From assembly GCF_006345805.1 (NCBI RefSeq), contig NW_021836720.1, positions 1 to 22,897 of the forward strand: a DNA stretch of 22,897 nt, written 5' to 3'. A program made the position numbers and the translations under genes. Below the pieces are notes generated by a model that worked only from the letters and a program-made list of their open reading frames with translations, had not been told where the DNA came from and made no database searches. Positions 1-8,208 of this stretch are shown in pieces. This DNA comes from Octopus sinensis. Its lineage: Eukaryota. Each line of letters opens with the position of its first letter. The stretch's first letter is position 1.

Positions 1-419
1 GCCTTACTTCGCATAATACTAACGGAATGCAACACAACTGCGGTATTCGTCTTCAGAAATATCTTGTATAGTTTAAAAAGCACAGGAGTGTCGATAGCAG
101 ACGGAAAATGCCCAGCAGCGTTGGTGAATTTCGCTAGATCACGTGATTTCCACATCATCGACAGCAAGTATCACCTCACACCTAGACAAATTCACCCTCG
201 AGTGATATATATAGTGAAATGGTGATTAATCAGTCACTGGTGTTTCAAATAGCTAGAGGGCTGCATAAACAATCGTTATTAGCAACGGGAAATATACAGA
301 TTGCTGAAAAGCAATCTGTATTTATTCGGTATTAATACTGCTTTTATTGCTAATAATGAGTATTCGCCATGTTAGACAACAGAACTCAAAACGCTTTTTT
401 TTCTCATTATTTTCTCTAT

Positions 420-560
420 TATTTTTCTCTATTTATTTCCTCTTATTCCTTTCTGCCGAAGAGCGTAGGATCGAAATGTAAAAGATTTTCCATTTTTCCC
501 GAGCGTTACACTAATACTCTTGCTTGTTGATCCTACATCTGTCTATGTCTTTTCTTCCAT
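420..560 (+). mobile_element. Decayed copy of the HHR-bearing short repeat seen at 1355-1512
   Basis: 453-485 CTGCCGAAGAGCGTAGGATCGAAATGTAAAAGA aligns without gaps to 1387-1419 CTGAAGAAGAGCGTAGGTTCGAAACGTAAAAGA; the downstream GAGxG-TA-ACTAATAC tail is also shared. Confidence 0.7.
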
Positions 561-602
561 TCACCGTTTTCTATCTGTCTCTCTCTCTCCCACTTTCTCC
601 TT

Positions 603-603
<1 letters not shown>

Positions 604-634
<31 letters not shown>
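604..634. repeat. (CT)n microsatellite
   Basis: Pure CT run. Confidence 0.95.
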
Positions 635-635
<1 letters not shown>

Positions 636-1096
636 GTCGCTCACGTGTGACCATCGTACATCTTTCTTTTCCTCACATGGTCATCTTTCTTTTCCTTTAG
701 TCTGTCGCACAGACCAGACACATTCTTATCTTCTCCTATCTTTTCTCTTGTCAAAGAATATTCCTCCAGCGTTCGCTACCTTACCTCGTCTGGCCTGACG
801 GCCCCCCCATGTTCGTTTTCGTTTGGTTTGTTTATGTCTCCACTGTCCTGTTTTTGTTACCAATTTCACCCTCCGCAAATCCCAAATTTTATTTTGGTTC
901 ACAGGAGCAACTACCTTTCGAAACCTCATTTTGTCGTTCAATGCTCGAAACGAGGAGTAGCAGGACAGCCGACAACTGATGAAGGGTCGTTCTTTATGTT
1001 ACTTGTCTTGTTTTCCATTTGTTTCTCTCGTTGTTCGCATACCGAAGCTTGTCTTCGTATTTCATGTTTTTTACGTTTTGTGACGTCCTGTACCCA
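635..1096 (+). mobile_element. Unclassified interspersed repeat ending at a TA-rich tract
   Basis: The 3' part (about 970-1096: GACAACTGATGAAGGG...TTTGTGACGTCCTGTACCCA) resembles the reverse complement of 5843-5985 (GACAGCTGATGTAGGGG...TTTGTGGTGTCCTCTACTCA). Confidence 0.5.
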
Positions 1097-1216
1097 TATA
1101 TGCAAATATGTATGCATTTATATGTATGTACATATATGTATGTATATATGCATATATATTTTTTTTTATTTACATTATTAGATGATTGAACGCACTCATC
1201 CATTTCCAAGTAAAGT

Positions 1217-1264
1217 TATCTATCTATCTATCAATCCACCCATCTATCTATCTATCTATCTATA

Positions 1265-1316
<52 letters not shown>

Positions 1317-1330
1317 CATCCATCCATCTA
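1217..1330. repeat. (TATC)n/(CATC)n microsatellite
   Basis: Tetranucleotide array read directly. Confidence 0.95.
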
Positions 1331-1354
1331 TCCTCGTTAGCTACTACACACATT

Positions 1355-1512
1355 TTTTCTCCCCTTGTTTTTTTCTGTGTATCTTTCTGAAGAAGAGCGT
1401 AGGTTCGAAACGTAAAAGACTTTTTCTATTCCTGAGTGCTATACTAATACATCTGTTTGTTTGTACACCAACTGCCTTCGTCTTTTGTTTATTTTCGTAA
1501 ACTTTCCCTTTT
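1355..1512 (+). mobile_element. Short non-coding repeat carrying a hammerhead motif (Penelope-derived or retrozyme-like), ending in (TA)n
   Basis: Contains the HHR at 1382-1419; related to 420-560 and to a tail-only fragment at about 11395-11452 (ACACCTGTCTTCGT...TAAATTT); runs directly into (TA)n at 1513. Confidence 0.65.
1382..1419 (+). ncRNA. Minimal type I hammerhead ribozyme motif
   Basis: Helix I TCTTT(1382-86)/AAAGA(1415-19); core CTGAAGA(1387-93); one extra A; helix II GAGC/GTTC around a GTAG loop; GAAA(1407-10); palindromic helix III ACGT; predicted cleavage after GTA, between 1414 and 1415. Confidence 0.7.
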
Positions 1513-1559
1513 ATATATATACATATATATTATATATATATATATATTATATATATATA

Positions 1560-1616
<57 letters not shown>

Positions 1617-1630
1617 ATGTATATATATAT
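1513..1630. repeat. (TA)n microsatellite, imperfect
   Basis: Read directly. Confidence 0.95.
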
Positions 1631-1877
1631 GGTGCTGGTTGTGGTGGTCCAGGTGGTCGTCATGGTGATGGTTGTGATTGTGGCTGAGGTCGTGGTGGTG
1701 TTGGCGATGGAGGTGACGCGCCAGCGATGACTATAGTTAAATCTAAGTAACTGAACAACCAATGAAATCCACAGATCCCTGTTCAAGGAAGCAAAACTGT
1801 GGTTGTTGCTGTTATTGGCTTTGAATGGTGTTCATTCATTCGTTAATTTTTACCTTAATTTTACCTCTCTCTTTTGT

Positions 1878-2104
1878 ACGCATGTATGCATGCATGTATG
1901 TATATATGTATCGTATGTACGTATATATGCTTGCATATGTGTATATATATATGTATATATATATGTGTATATGTGTATATATGTATGTATCTATGTATGC
2001 ATGTATGTACGTGTATGGGTACATACATGCTTATACCTCTACTTTTATCTGCTTGGAGTTTATCTATGTGTATATATGTATGAATATATCAATGTGTGTA
2101 TATA
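1878..2104. repeat. Degenerate (TATG)/(TA)/(TG) low-complexity tract
   Basis: Read directly; it accounts for the Y/I/V/C/M-rich ORFs here. Confidence 0.85.
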
Positions 2105-2317
2105 TAGGGTGGTACCAAAATTAGGTTTACAGATATTCAACTATCTCTTTCGCATTCCTATATTAACAGTTTAGGTCTTAATTATAAGAAAAATATGAAA
2201 CCATTATTCTATACTAATTTAGTTAATTGAAAGATAGAAATTTAAAAGTAATAAAATGCATTAAAAGAAATCTAAAGCGCCTAAGTGATAACTGTAAACC
2301 TACTTTTGTGCCACCTG
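2105..2317. mobile_element. MITE with about 27-bp terminal inverted repeats, Tc1/mariner-like
   Basis: Left TAGGGTGGTACCAAAATTAGGTTTACAG (2105-2132) against the reverse complement of the right end, CAGGTGGCACAAAAGTAGGTTTACAG (2292-2317); AT-rich non-coding interior; TA precedes the left end but not clearly the right. Confidence 0.6.
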
Positions 2318-2342
2318 CCAATTAGTTTTTTTTTTTTTTTTT

Positions 2343-2675
2343 TCAATTGAATTGGATTTTGCCTCGCAACTCGAGTTTCACGCTATTGAAGGTCGCCGTA
2401 AAGTGAAACTTGTATGACGGAAACAGAAATTCGTCTAAAGACCTACCTAAAAGCGTGGTGATATGGATTTGACTTACGTAACCTCCTTCCTCAGCCTTTT
2501 CCAATTTTTTGCTCTCGCTCGCTCTGTCTTTCTCTCTCTTTCTCCTTCTCTCTTTCTTTCTTTCTTTCTCTGTATCTGTCTGTCTGTCTGTCCGTCTATC
2601 TATCTGTTTTTCTCTCTGTCTCTGTCTGTTTGTCTCTTTCCCTCTCTCTCTCTTTCCCTCTCTCTCTCTCTTTCC

Positions 2676-2715
<40 letters not shown>

Positions 2716-2721
2716 TTCTCT

Positions 2722-2757
<36 letters not shown>

Positions 2758-3640
2758 ACCTCTCTCTCTCTCACCTCTCTCTAACAATTTGAACGTTATC
2801 CCCTTCTTTGATCGGATGCTCTTCTTGCTGCTGTTGCAAGAGCAGTAACCTTGTGACTTCACGGATCTGGGAAACCCACCTCTTAGGCATCGTATATGCA
2901 GTTTGCGTCTCATGAAATTGTGATGGAACGCAACAACGGTTACATAATTATTGATTGGCCTTCTCTATTACACGGTAGTGCCATTCATTTTAGTCTCGTC
3001 CTCCTTATTAAGTCGGTAATGGAGTTTGTCCCGTGAAGATCTTTTCTTATGAAAATATTTCAACATCTCCAAGATGGCTGCAACTCGATCTCGAGCGACG
3101 CCTTCACAGACGTGGCTTTTCAGTTCTTCTAGATCCACAATATCTTATGTGGTTGTCCCTGCACTTTGGAAAAATAGCTATGCAACGATCCAATTTTTAT
3201 ACGAAGTAGAAAATACTTCATCATGAAGTATGACAGACATAAGTTAATACCAAAGGACAAGTATTCGGCAAATAGCAAAGCGGAATATAACAGTAGATGC
3301 ATGGCTGGACCGATTATAGCTGCACCTGGTTTGAATATAATATCAGTCGGCTTGTCTTCAAATTAATTAGAAAAGGATTAGCATGAATTTGTATTTAATT
3401 ATTGGTTTAACTTGTTAATTAAATTTTAGGGGTTTGGATCAGGTTCCTGGTGCCGAATATTACGGAATTGCTTTAGTCTTTCTACAAGGCGAAGGTTCTT
3501 AGGCGCAGATCTGAAATATATCTCATATAAATCTCGATTTAGTTGGGGGCTTCCATAAGTCTCGTTAAACTATGGATGTGTATTGGGAAAATTCTCCTCT
3601 ACTCCATAATTCGAGCTTGGATAAATTTTTATTTTTAAAT
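2343..3640 (-). pseudogene. Possible highly decayed Penelope-like reverse transcriptase relic
   Basis: Hand translation gives fragments in the order expected for a PLE RT: TDIIFKP-GAAII (cf. DIVIKPADKGxAxV), HYRLNK...RRPI (cf. FYxLPKIHK...RPI), FPRSVK (cf. LPSYVK), SLDEFL, ATFNSVKLELRGKIQ. Matches are weak, with stops and an internal (CT)n expansion. Confidence 0.3.
2510..2783. repeat. (CT)n/(CTGT)n/(CTTT)n compound microsatellite
   Basis: Read directly; source of the S/L-rich and E/R-rich ORFs. Confidence 0.95.
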
Positions 3641-3739
3641 GTAAGACCAGTAGTTGCTCATGCGTAAAAGACCCACCCCCGTCTCTCCAAGCTACCATCG
3701 TTATCTAAGATCAAGACAACGACCGACACAGCTTAGTGA

Positions 3740-3915
3740 GGGCGCGTGGCTTAGTGGTTAGGGTGTTGCACTCACCGTCGCTAGAGATCGCGGGTTCGAA
3801 TCGCAGACCTGGTGATGCGTTGTGTTCTTGAGCAAAACTCTTCACTTCATATTGACACATGCCCGTCAGTTGTAAAGGAGCAACCCTGTGACGGAATGGT
3901 GTCCCGTTCAGAGGG
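3740..3915 (+). mobile_element. tRNA-derived SINE
   Basis: A box TGGCTTAGTGG (3747), B box GGGTTCGAATC (3792), then GTTGTGTTCTTGAGCAA body and ACCCTGTGACGGAATGGTGTCCCGTTCAG, similar to GACGGACTGGCGTCCCGTCCAG in the 11074 SINE. Confidence 0.8.
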
Positions 3916-3972
3916 AGGAGGCGGTTCTTTGAATCCTGGGACTCGAGACAGTAATGTCCAGAGGTTGATGGT

Positions 3973-4047
3973 GAGGAGGAGGAGGAGGAGGAGGAATTTG
4001 ATGATGATGATGATGATCATGATGATGATGACGAGGAGGAATTTGAT
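3973..4047. repeat. (GAG)n plus (GAT)n trinucleotide tract with a 15-bp direct repeat
   Basis: GAGGAGGAATTTGAT at 3988-4002 and 4033-4047 flanks a (GAT)n run. Confidence 0.85.
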
Positions 4048-4164
4048 AATACGGTTGAGCACCAATGTCTTCTCAGACTTCGCCGTACGAACATAAAGTG
4101 CCTCCACAGATATAACAAGGAAACACATCAAATGCTCATTCAGTTCCATCAATTCACCGTCCTT

Positions 4165-4242
4165 GACTGATACTTTATTTATCGATCCCTAAAGGATGAA
4201 CAGAAAAGTCGACCTCGGTAGGATCTGAACTTATGACTCAGA
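4165..4242 (-). mobile_element. Decayed SINE fragment (family of 20809-21041)
   Basis: TTTATCGATCCCTAAAGGATGAA...AGTCGACCTCGG resembles TTTATCGACCCCGAAAGGATGAAAGGCAGAGTCGACCTCGG. Confidence 0.7.
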
Positions 4243-4374
4243 TAACCAAGAGAGGGTTATGTGCAGCGTTACGTGTTTAGAAGGATCTTGGTTTTTCTCA
4301 GAAACAAAATACTTAAACCAGTAACAATTACATATGTTCATCTGTCGGAGCGACGAATGCTATTTAAGAACCCT

Positions 4375-4408
4375 TTATATATATTATATAATTTAAACTT
4401 CCAAAATT

Positions 4409-4453
<45 letters not shown>

Positions 4454-4572
4454 ATATAATAATAATAATAATAATAATTTAATAAATAAATATATGTATA
4501 CATACATACATATATGTACGTACCTACATCTACATGTATATATCGCATATATATATACATATATATAATATA
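4375..4572. repeat. (TA)n/(AAT)n/(TACA) low-complexity tract
   Basis: Read directly. Confidence 0.85.
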
Positions 4573-4781
4573 AATCTCTGAGCGAGGTATAAACAGTAAC
4601 TGCTCTGTAATATAGCGGGATCAGCCATCTGAATGTGGCTAGGGACAGGGCGGGGTGGTGGGGGTGTTACTGATGCATTTAGCCCCAGGCGACTATAGAC
4701 GTCACCAGAAGAGCCGACACCATCACGGTGTCCTTGCTAGCCTGTAAAGGGAGATCAGCCTCCCCGAAGACACGGATGCTA

Positions 4782-4823
4782 CACACGGACCGGTTTCGAG
4801 TGGTCGCCTCTCGTCAGCGCATG
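4782..4823 (-). ncRNA. Minimal type I hammerhead ribozyme motif
   Basis: Minus strand reads CATGCG-CTGACGA-GAG(GCGACCA)CTC-GAAA-CCGG-TC^CGTGTG. Helix I is 6 bp (2 G:U), helix II is GAG/CTC, helix III is the palindrome ACCGGT, and the site is GUC with cleavage between 4788 and 4787. Confidence 0.85.
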
Positions 4824-4966
4824 GCAGCACCGTTCTTCATTGAGGGACTTTCTCTACAGGCTAGAAATATATAGATTTCACAGTAAAACACAGTCACTGG
4901 CTCGAAAATTCTGTTCGATAACAATATAATATCTCTGAGCGAGTTATAAACAGTAACTGCTCTGTA

Positions 4967-5310
4967 ATATAAGCGGGATCAGCATCTGAATGTGGCTAGG
5001 GACAGGGCGGGGTGGTGGGGGTGTTACTGATGCATTTAGCCCCAGGCGACTATAGACGTCACCAGAAGAGCCGACACCATCCGGTGTCCTTGCTAGCCTG
5101 TAAAGGGAGATCAGCCTCCCCGAAGATACGGTCCTTGTAGCATCCGTATCTTCGGGGAGGCTGATCTCCCTTTACAGGCTAGCAAGGACACCGTGATGGT
5201 GTCGGCTCTTCTGGTGACGTCTATAGTCGCCTGGGGCTAAATGCATCAGTAACACCCCCACCACCCCGCCCTGTCCCTAGCCACATTCAGATGGCTGATC
5301 CCGCTTATAT
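4967..5310. repeat. Long near-perfect inverted repeat (arms about 165 bp, 12-nt loop)
   Basis: 4967-5131 is the reverse complement of 5144-5310 apart from two 1-bp indels; loop TCCTTGTAGCAT (5132-5143). Confidence 0.95.
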
Positions 5311-5436
5311 ATATATATATATATACATAAAAATTCAGGGTGAGTACTTGATGATTGTAAGCACCTGTATATACCGTTTGGTGGTGTAGGTGGTGGAGTA
5401 AATTAATCAAAATAAAAACATGATGCCCAGGATTCA

Positions 5437-5516
5437 GCGGTACATATGTTTCGGGCCTTTATTAGACGGATTTATAACAATGCATAATGTGTGTCTATGG
5501 CCTTCTTCACAGCCGC
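5437..5516 (-). ncRNA. Hammerhead copy with disrupted core (2-nt insertion)
   Basis: Mirror image of 5710-5787, but the core reads CTGTGAAGA instead of CTGAAGA. Confidence 0.6.
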
Positions 5517-5709
5517 GCACATTAACTACTACTTCAAGGACATGTATTACATCAAAAATTCTACGTTGGGGATGCAAATCCTCTCAGTCGCGTACGACAT
5601 AATACGGTACCAGCACAAATATGAAGCGTCCATCCCGTCCTTCTCTCAATGTAGAATCCCCAACGTAGAATTTTTGATGTAATACATGTCCTTGAAGTAG
5701 TAATTGTGC

Positions 5710-5787
5710 GCGGCTGAAGAAGGCCATAGACACACATTATGCATTGTTATAAATCCGTCTAATAAAGGCCCGAAACATATGTACCGC
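5710..5787 (+). ncRNA. Type I hammerhead ribozyme motif with extended helix II
   Basis: Helix I GCGG(5710-13)/CCGC(5784-87); CTGAAGA(5714-20); helix II GGCC(5722-25)/GGCC(5767-70) with an A:C mismatch at its base and internal TAGAC(5727-31)/GTCTA(5757-61); GAAA(5772-75); palindromic helix III ACATATGT; cleavage after GTA, between 5783 and 5784. Confidence 0.75.
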
Positions 5788-5842
5788 TGAATCCTTGGCA
5801 TCATGTTTTTATTTTGATTAATATATGTATATATATATATAT

Positions 5843-5985
5843 GTGAGTAGAGGACACCACAAATAGACGTAGAACTCAACGAGAAACGAAAACATAAAAA
5901 CAAGGGAACGGACTTTTTTTAACAACGAAAAAACAGAGCACAAAACAAACAACACAAGGAATATTCCCCTACATCAGCTGTCTGC
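5843..5985 (-). mobile_element. Fragment of the unclassified repeat at 635-1096
   Basis: Reverse-complement similarity described above; flanked by TA-rich sequence. Confidence 0.5.
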
Positions 5986-6049
5986 ATATATGTATGCATA
6001 TATTTTATTTATTAAATTATTGTATGACTGAGCGCCCTCGCGTCGTTTC

Positions 6050-6080
6050 GTTTCGTTTCTTTCCTTTCTTTCTCCAAGTA

Positions 6081-6124
<44 letters not shown>

Positions 6125-6229
6125 TTTGATAAGCATAACAAATGCGCAAAACCGGTAAAAAAGAACCTTCACCTAATTAAATTACTTAAATTACTTCAAT
6201 TATTTGTCAGCATTTTCTTCATTTCTTTT

Positions 6230-6285
<56 letters not shown>

Positions 6286-6314
6286 CTTACTTGGAGAAAG
6301 GAAAGAAACGAAAC
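6050..6314. repeat. Short inverted pair (about 31-35 bp) bracketing two (TA)n tracts
   Basis: GTTTCGTTTCTTTCCTTTC(TTTC)TCCAAGTAAGTT (6050-6084) against AACTTACTTGGAGAAAGGAAAGAAACGAAAC (6284-6314). Confidence 0.8.
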
Positions 6315-6525
6315 CCTACGTAGTAGGCATTCAAATTTGCCAAATTTAGTTATTTTTTTCGTAGATTGAAAAAATGATGCATAGACTTGAGCGATTTTCG
6401 TATCTTATTGGGTTCCTGAGTAGAGAAATGAGCAACCAAACTGTTTGTGTATTTATCAAATCCAGCAGCTACAGAGACCTGGAATTAGTAATTTGCATAC
6501 CATAAGTGGTTAACACTTCATGTGC

Positions 6526-6640
6526 GACGAGCTTCCACAGTTTCCGTCAACCAAATTCCGGCCTGGAACCGTTGCCTCGCAGTAGGACTGTACCCGTAAC
6601 CACATGGTTTCAAACCGAGCCTCTTAACCGCAGCCATGCG
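6526..6640 (-). mobile_element. Decayed SINE (family of 14774-15160)
   Basis: CAGTTTCCGTCAACCAAATTCC and AACCACATGGTT...CAGCCATGC resemble CAGTTTCCGTCTACCAAATCCAC and the head of that family. Confidence 0.6.
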
Positions 6641-7213
6641 TGCAACTGCAAAACAGGTAGTGAAAGGATGTTTGTGAAACGCCATTTTGTAACCGCAGAC
6701 GTTGAACAACAAAAGTTCGTTCGACAATTGCTGGTCCAAACGATTTAAAGCTAAAACATGCTGTCATTTCGATTAGATAATGAAATATTATACTTAGTAT
6801 TTAGCGCCTTAATTGAACAGGCCATACATCATGAACCCTGTTGGCGGATCTATAAATTGAGACCATTAAATTAAATTAAAATTAATCTAATTTTATTAAT
6901 TCGTTGTTGGCACAGAACTTGAATGTTGAACGCATGTTTACAGATAAACAAGCGAAGCGGATATAAAAGAAAATACACTTTGCTCGCTCTTGACGTCATA
7001 AATTCTGGGTTATAGTCGAAAACATGCTTAGGTGGTTAAACACAGTCGAAAACTAATTAGCTACCCATGTTAATAGTTCGCTGATTTTGAAATATATGTC
7101 AGTGGAAATATGTATGCATACGTGTATATGAATAAACATACGTGCATATATGTAAGGCTGTATATGTTTGTACGTAAGCATGCATAAATGCAGAGGTGGG
7201 CAAAAGTAGGTAT

Positions 7214-7490
7214 GTTGTTTGTTCCTTCTTGAGCCATGCCTGGCTCATAAGGGCCGGTTTCACTGGCATATAGGTTCCCCACGCAGGTGAGCTATTAGAT
7301 GCAAGGGGAAACAGTGAGAGAAAGTTGTGGCGAAAGTGTCAGCAGAAGTCCGCCATTACCTTCTGTCGGAGCCGCGTGGAGCTTAGGTGTTTCGCTCATA
7401 AACACACACATCACCTAGTCTGAGATTCGAACCCGTGATCCTTCGACCGCTTAGTCCGCTGCTCTAACCACTAGGCCATGTGCTTCCATT
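7214..7490 (-). mobile_element. tRNA-derived SINE (family of 11074-11375)
   Basis: Reverse complement of A box TGGCCTAGTGG and B box GGGTTCGAATC; flanked by AAAAGTAGGTAT (7202-13) and AAAAGTCGGTAT (7491-7502), a 12-bp TSD with one mismatch. Confidence 0.9.
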
Positions 7491-7578
7491 AAAAGTCGGT
7501 ATACAGTTGCTTAATATGGGTGGAATGTTCTTTTCATTTTTCTATTTCTTTTCTAGAATAAGAATTCCAGTCACACTC

Positions 7579-7760
7579 GTTTCAAACTTTGGCACAAGGC
7601 CAGCAATTTCGGGGGAGGAATTGGTACTTATTATATTGACCCCGAAAGGATAAAAGGCAATGTCGGCTTCGGCGGAATTCGAACTCAGAACATAAAGACA
7701 GACGAAATGCCGCTAAGCATTTTATCCGGCATGCTAACGATTCCGCCAGATCGCCAACTT
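7579..7760 (-). mobile_element. tRNA-derived SINE (head of the 20809 family, alternative tail)
   Basis: GACCCCGAAAGGATAAAAGGC...GGCGGAATTCGAACTCAGAAC...GCTAACGATTCCGCCAG; tail TTTCAAACTTTGGCACAAGGCCAGCAATTTCGGG. Confidence 0.85.
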
Positions 7761-7854
7761 GCACTTTCACTCATATTAAGCAACTTATACCTACTTTTAC
7801 ACACACCCGTATGTGTATATGTAGATATGTATGTGTGTTTTTGTGAATGTGTGT

Positions 7855-8208
7855 GAAGCCGCATAGCTCAGCAGTTAGAGCTTCGGGCTCACAATCATGA
7901 TGTAGTGAGTTCGATTCCCGGGCTGGGCTGTGTTGTGTTCTTGAGCAAGACACATTATTTCATGTTGCTCTAGTTCACTCAGCTGTAGAAATGAGTTGCG
8001 ACGTCACAGGTGCCAAGCTGTATTGGCCCTTTTGCCTCTCCCTTCGGTAACATCGATGGCGTGGAGAGGAGAGGCTGGTATGTATGGGCAACTGCTGACC
8101 TCCTATAAACAACCTTGCCTGGACTTGTGATCCGGAGGAGAACTTTCTAGGAGCAATCCCATGGTCATTCATCGCGGAAGAGGCGGGGATCTTTACCCTT
8201 TACCTTTT
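7855..8208 (+). mobile_element. tRNA-derived SINE
   Basis: A-box-like TAGCTCAGCAGT, B box GAGTTCGATTCC, GTTGTGTTCTTGAGCAAGACAC body, (TTTACCC)-type tail. Confidence 0.8.

Larger units (their letters stand above)
4574..5310 (-). mobile_element. Retrozyme/Penelope-like non-autonomous element: 357-bp unit, partial tandem copy and inverted copy
   Basis: Copy 1 starts ATCTCTGAGCGAG at 4574 and copy 2 at 4931 (period 357). Copy 2 ends at GAAGATACGG (5131). An inverted copy runs from about 5136 to 5310. Copies are near-identical; HHR at 4782-4823 (-); TA-rich tracts on both sides. Confidence 0.8.
5330..5822. mobile_element. Head-to-head inverted pair of a second HHR-bearing repeat
   Basis: 5402-5573 is the reverse complement of 5656-5822 (82-bp spacer), with few differences. 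The ORF track shows the same peptide MMPRIQRYICFG... on both strands. Both ends adjoin (TA)n. Confidence 0.85.

Noticed and set aside
1-60. Minus-strand CTGAAGA at about 50-56
   Set aside because: It is followed by GAAG rather than GAAA, and there is no helix I or III.
940-1050. CTGATGA at 976-982 with nearby GAAAC (upstream) and GAAGCTT (downstream) as a hammerhead
   Set aside because: No consistent helix II or GAAA in the right order, and the sister copy at about 5975 reads CTGATGT.
726-2174. ORFs rich in Y/I/L/S/C/V/M
   Set aside because: They are translations of (TA)n, (TATC)n and (TATG)n tracts and repeat fragments, with no domain-like content.
2343-2913. E/R-rich and S/L-rich ORFs as proteins
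   Set aside because: They are driven by the (CT)n microsatellite; only the non-repetitive ends are considered, as a possible RT relic.
3740-3810. SINE heads as true tRNA genes (also at 7855, 11074, 14774)
   Set aside because: A and B boxes are present, but there is no complete cloverleaf or acceptor stem, and they continue into repeat bodies, often with TSDs.
5420-5903. Twin ORFs MMPRIQRYICFG... on opposite strands as duplicated genes
   Set aside because: They are a by-product of the inverted repeat, are short, and overlap the ribozyme motif.
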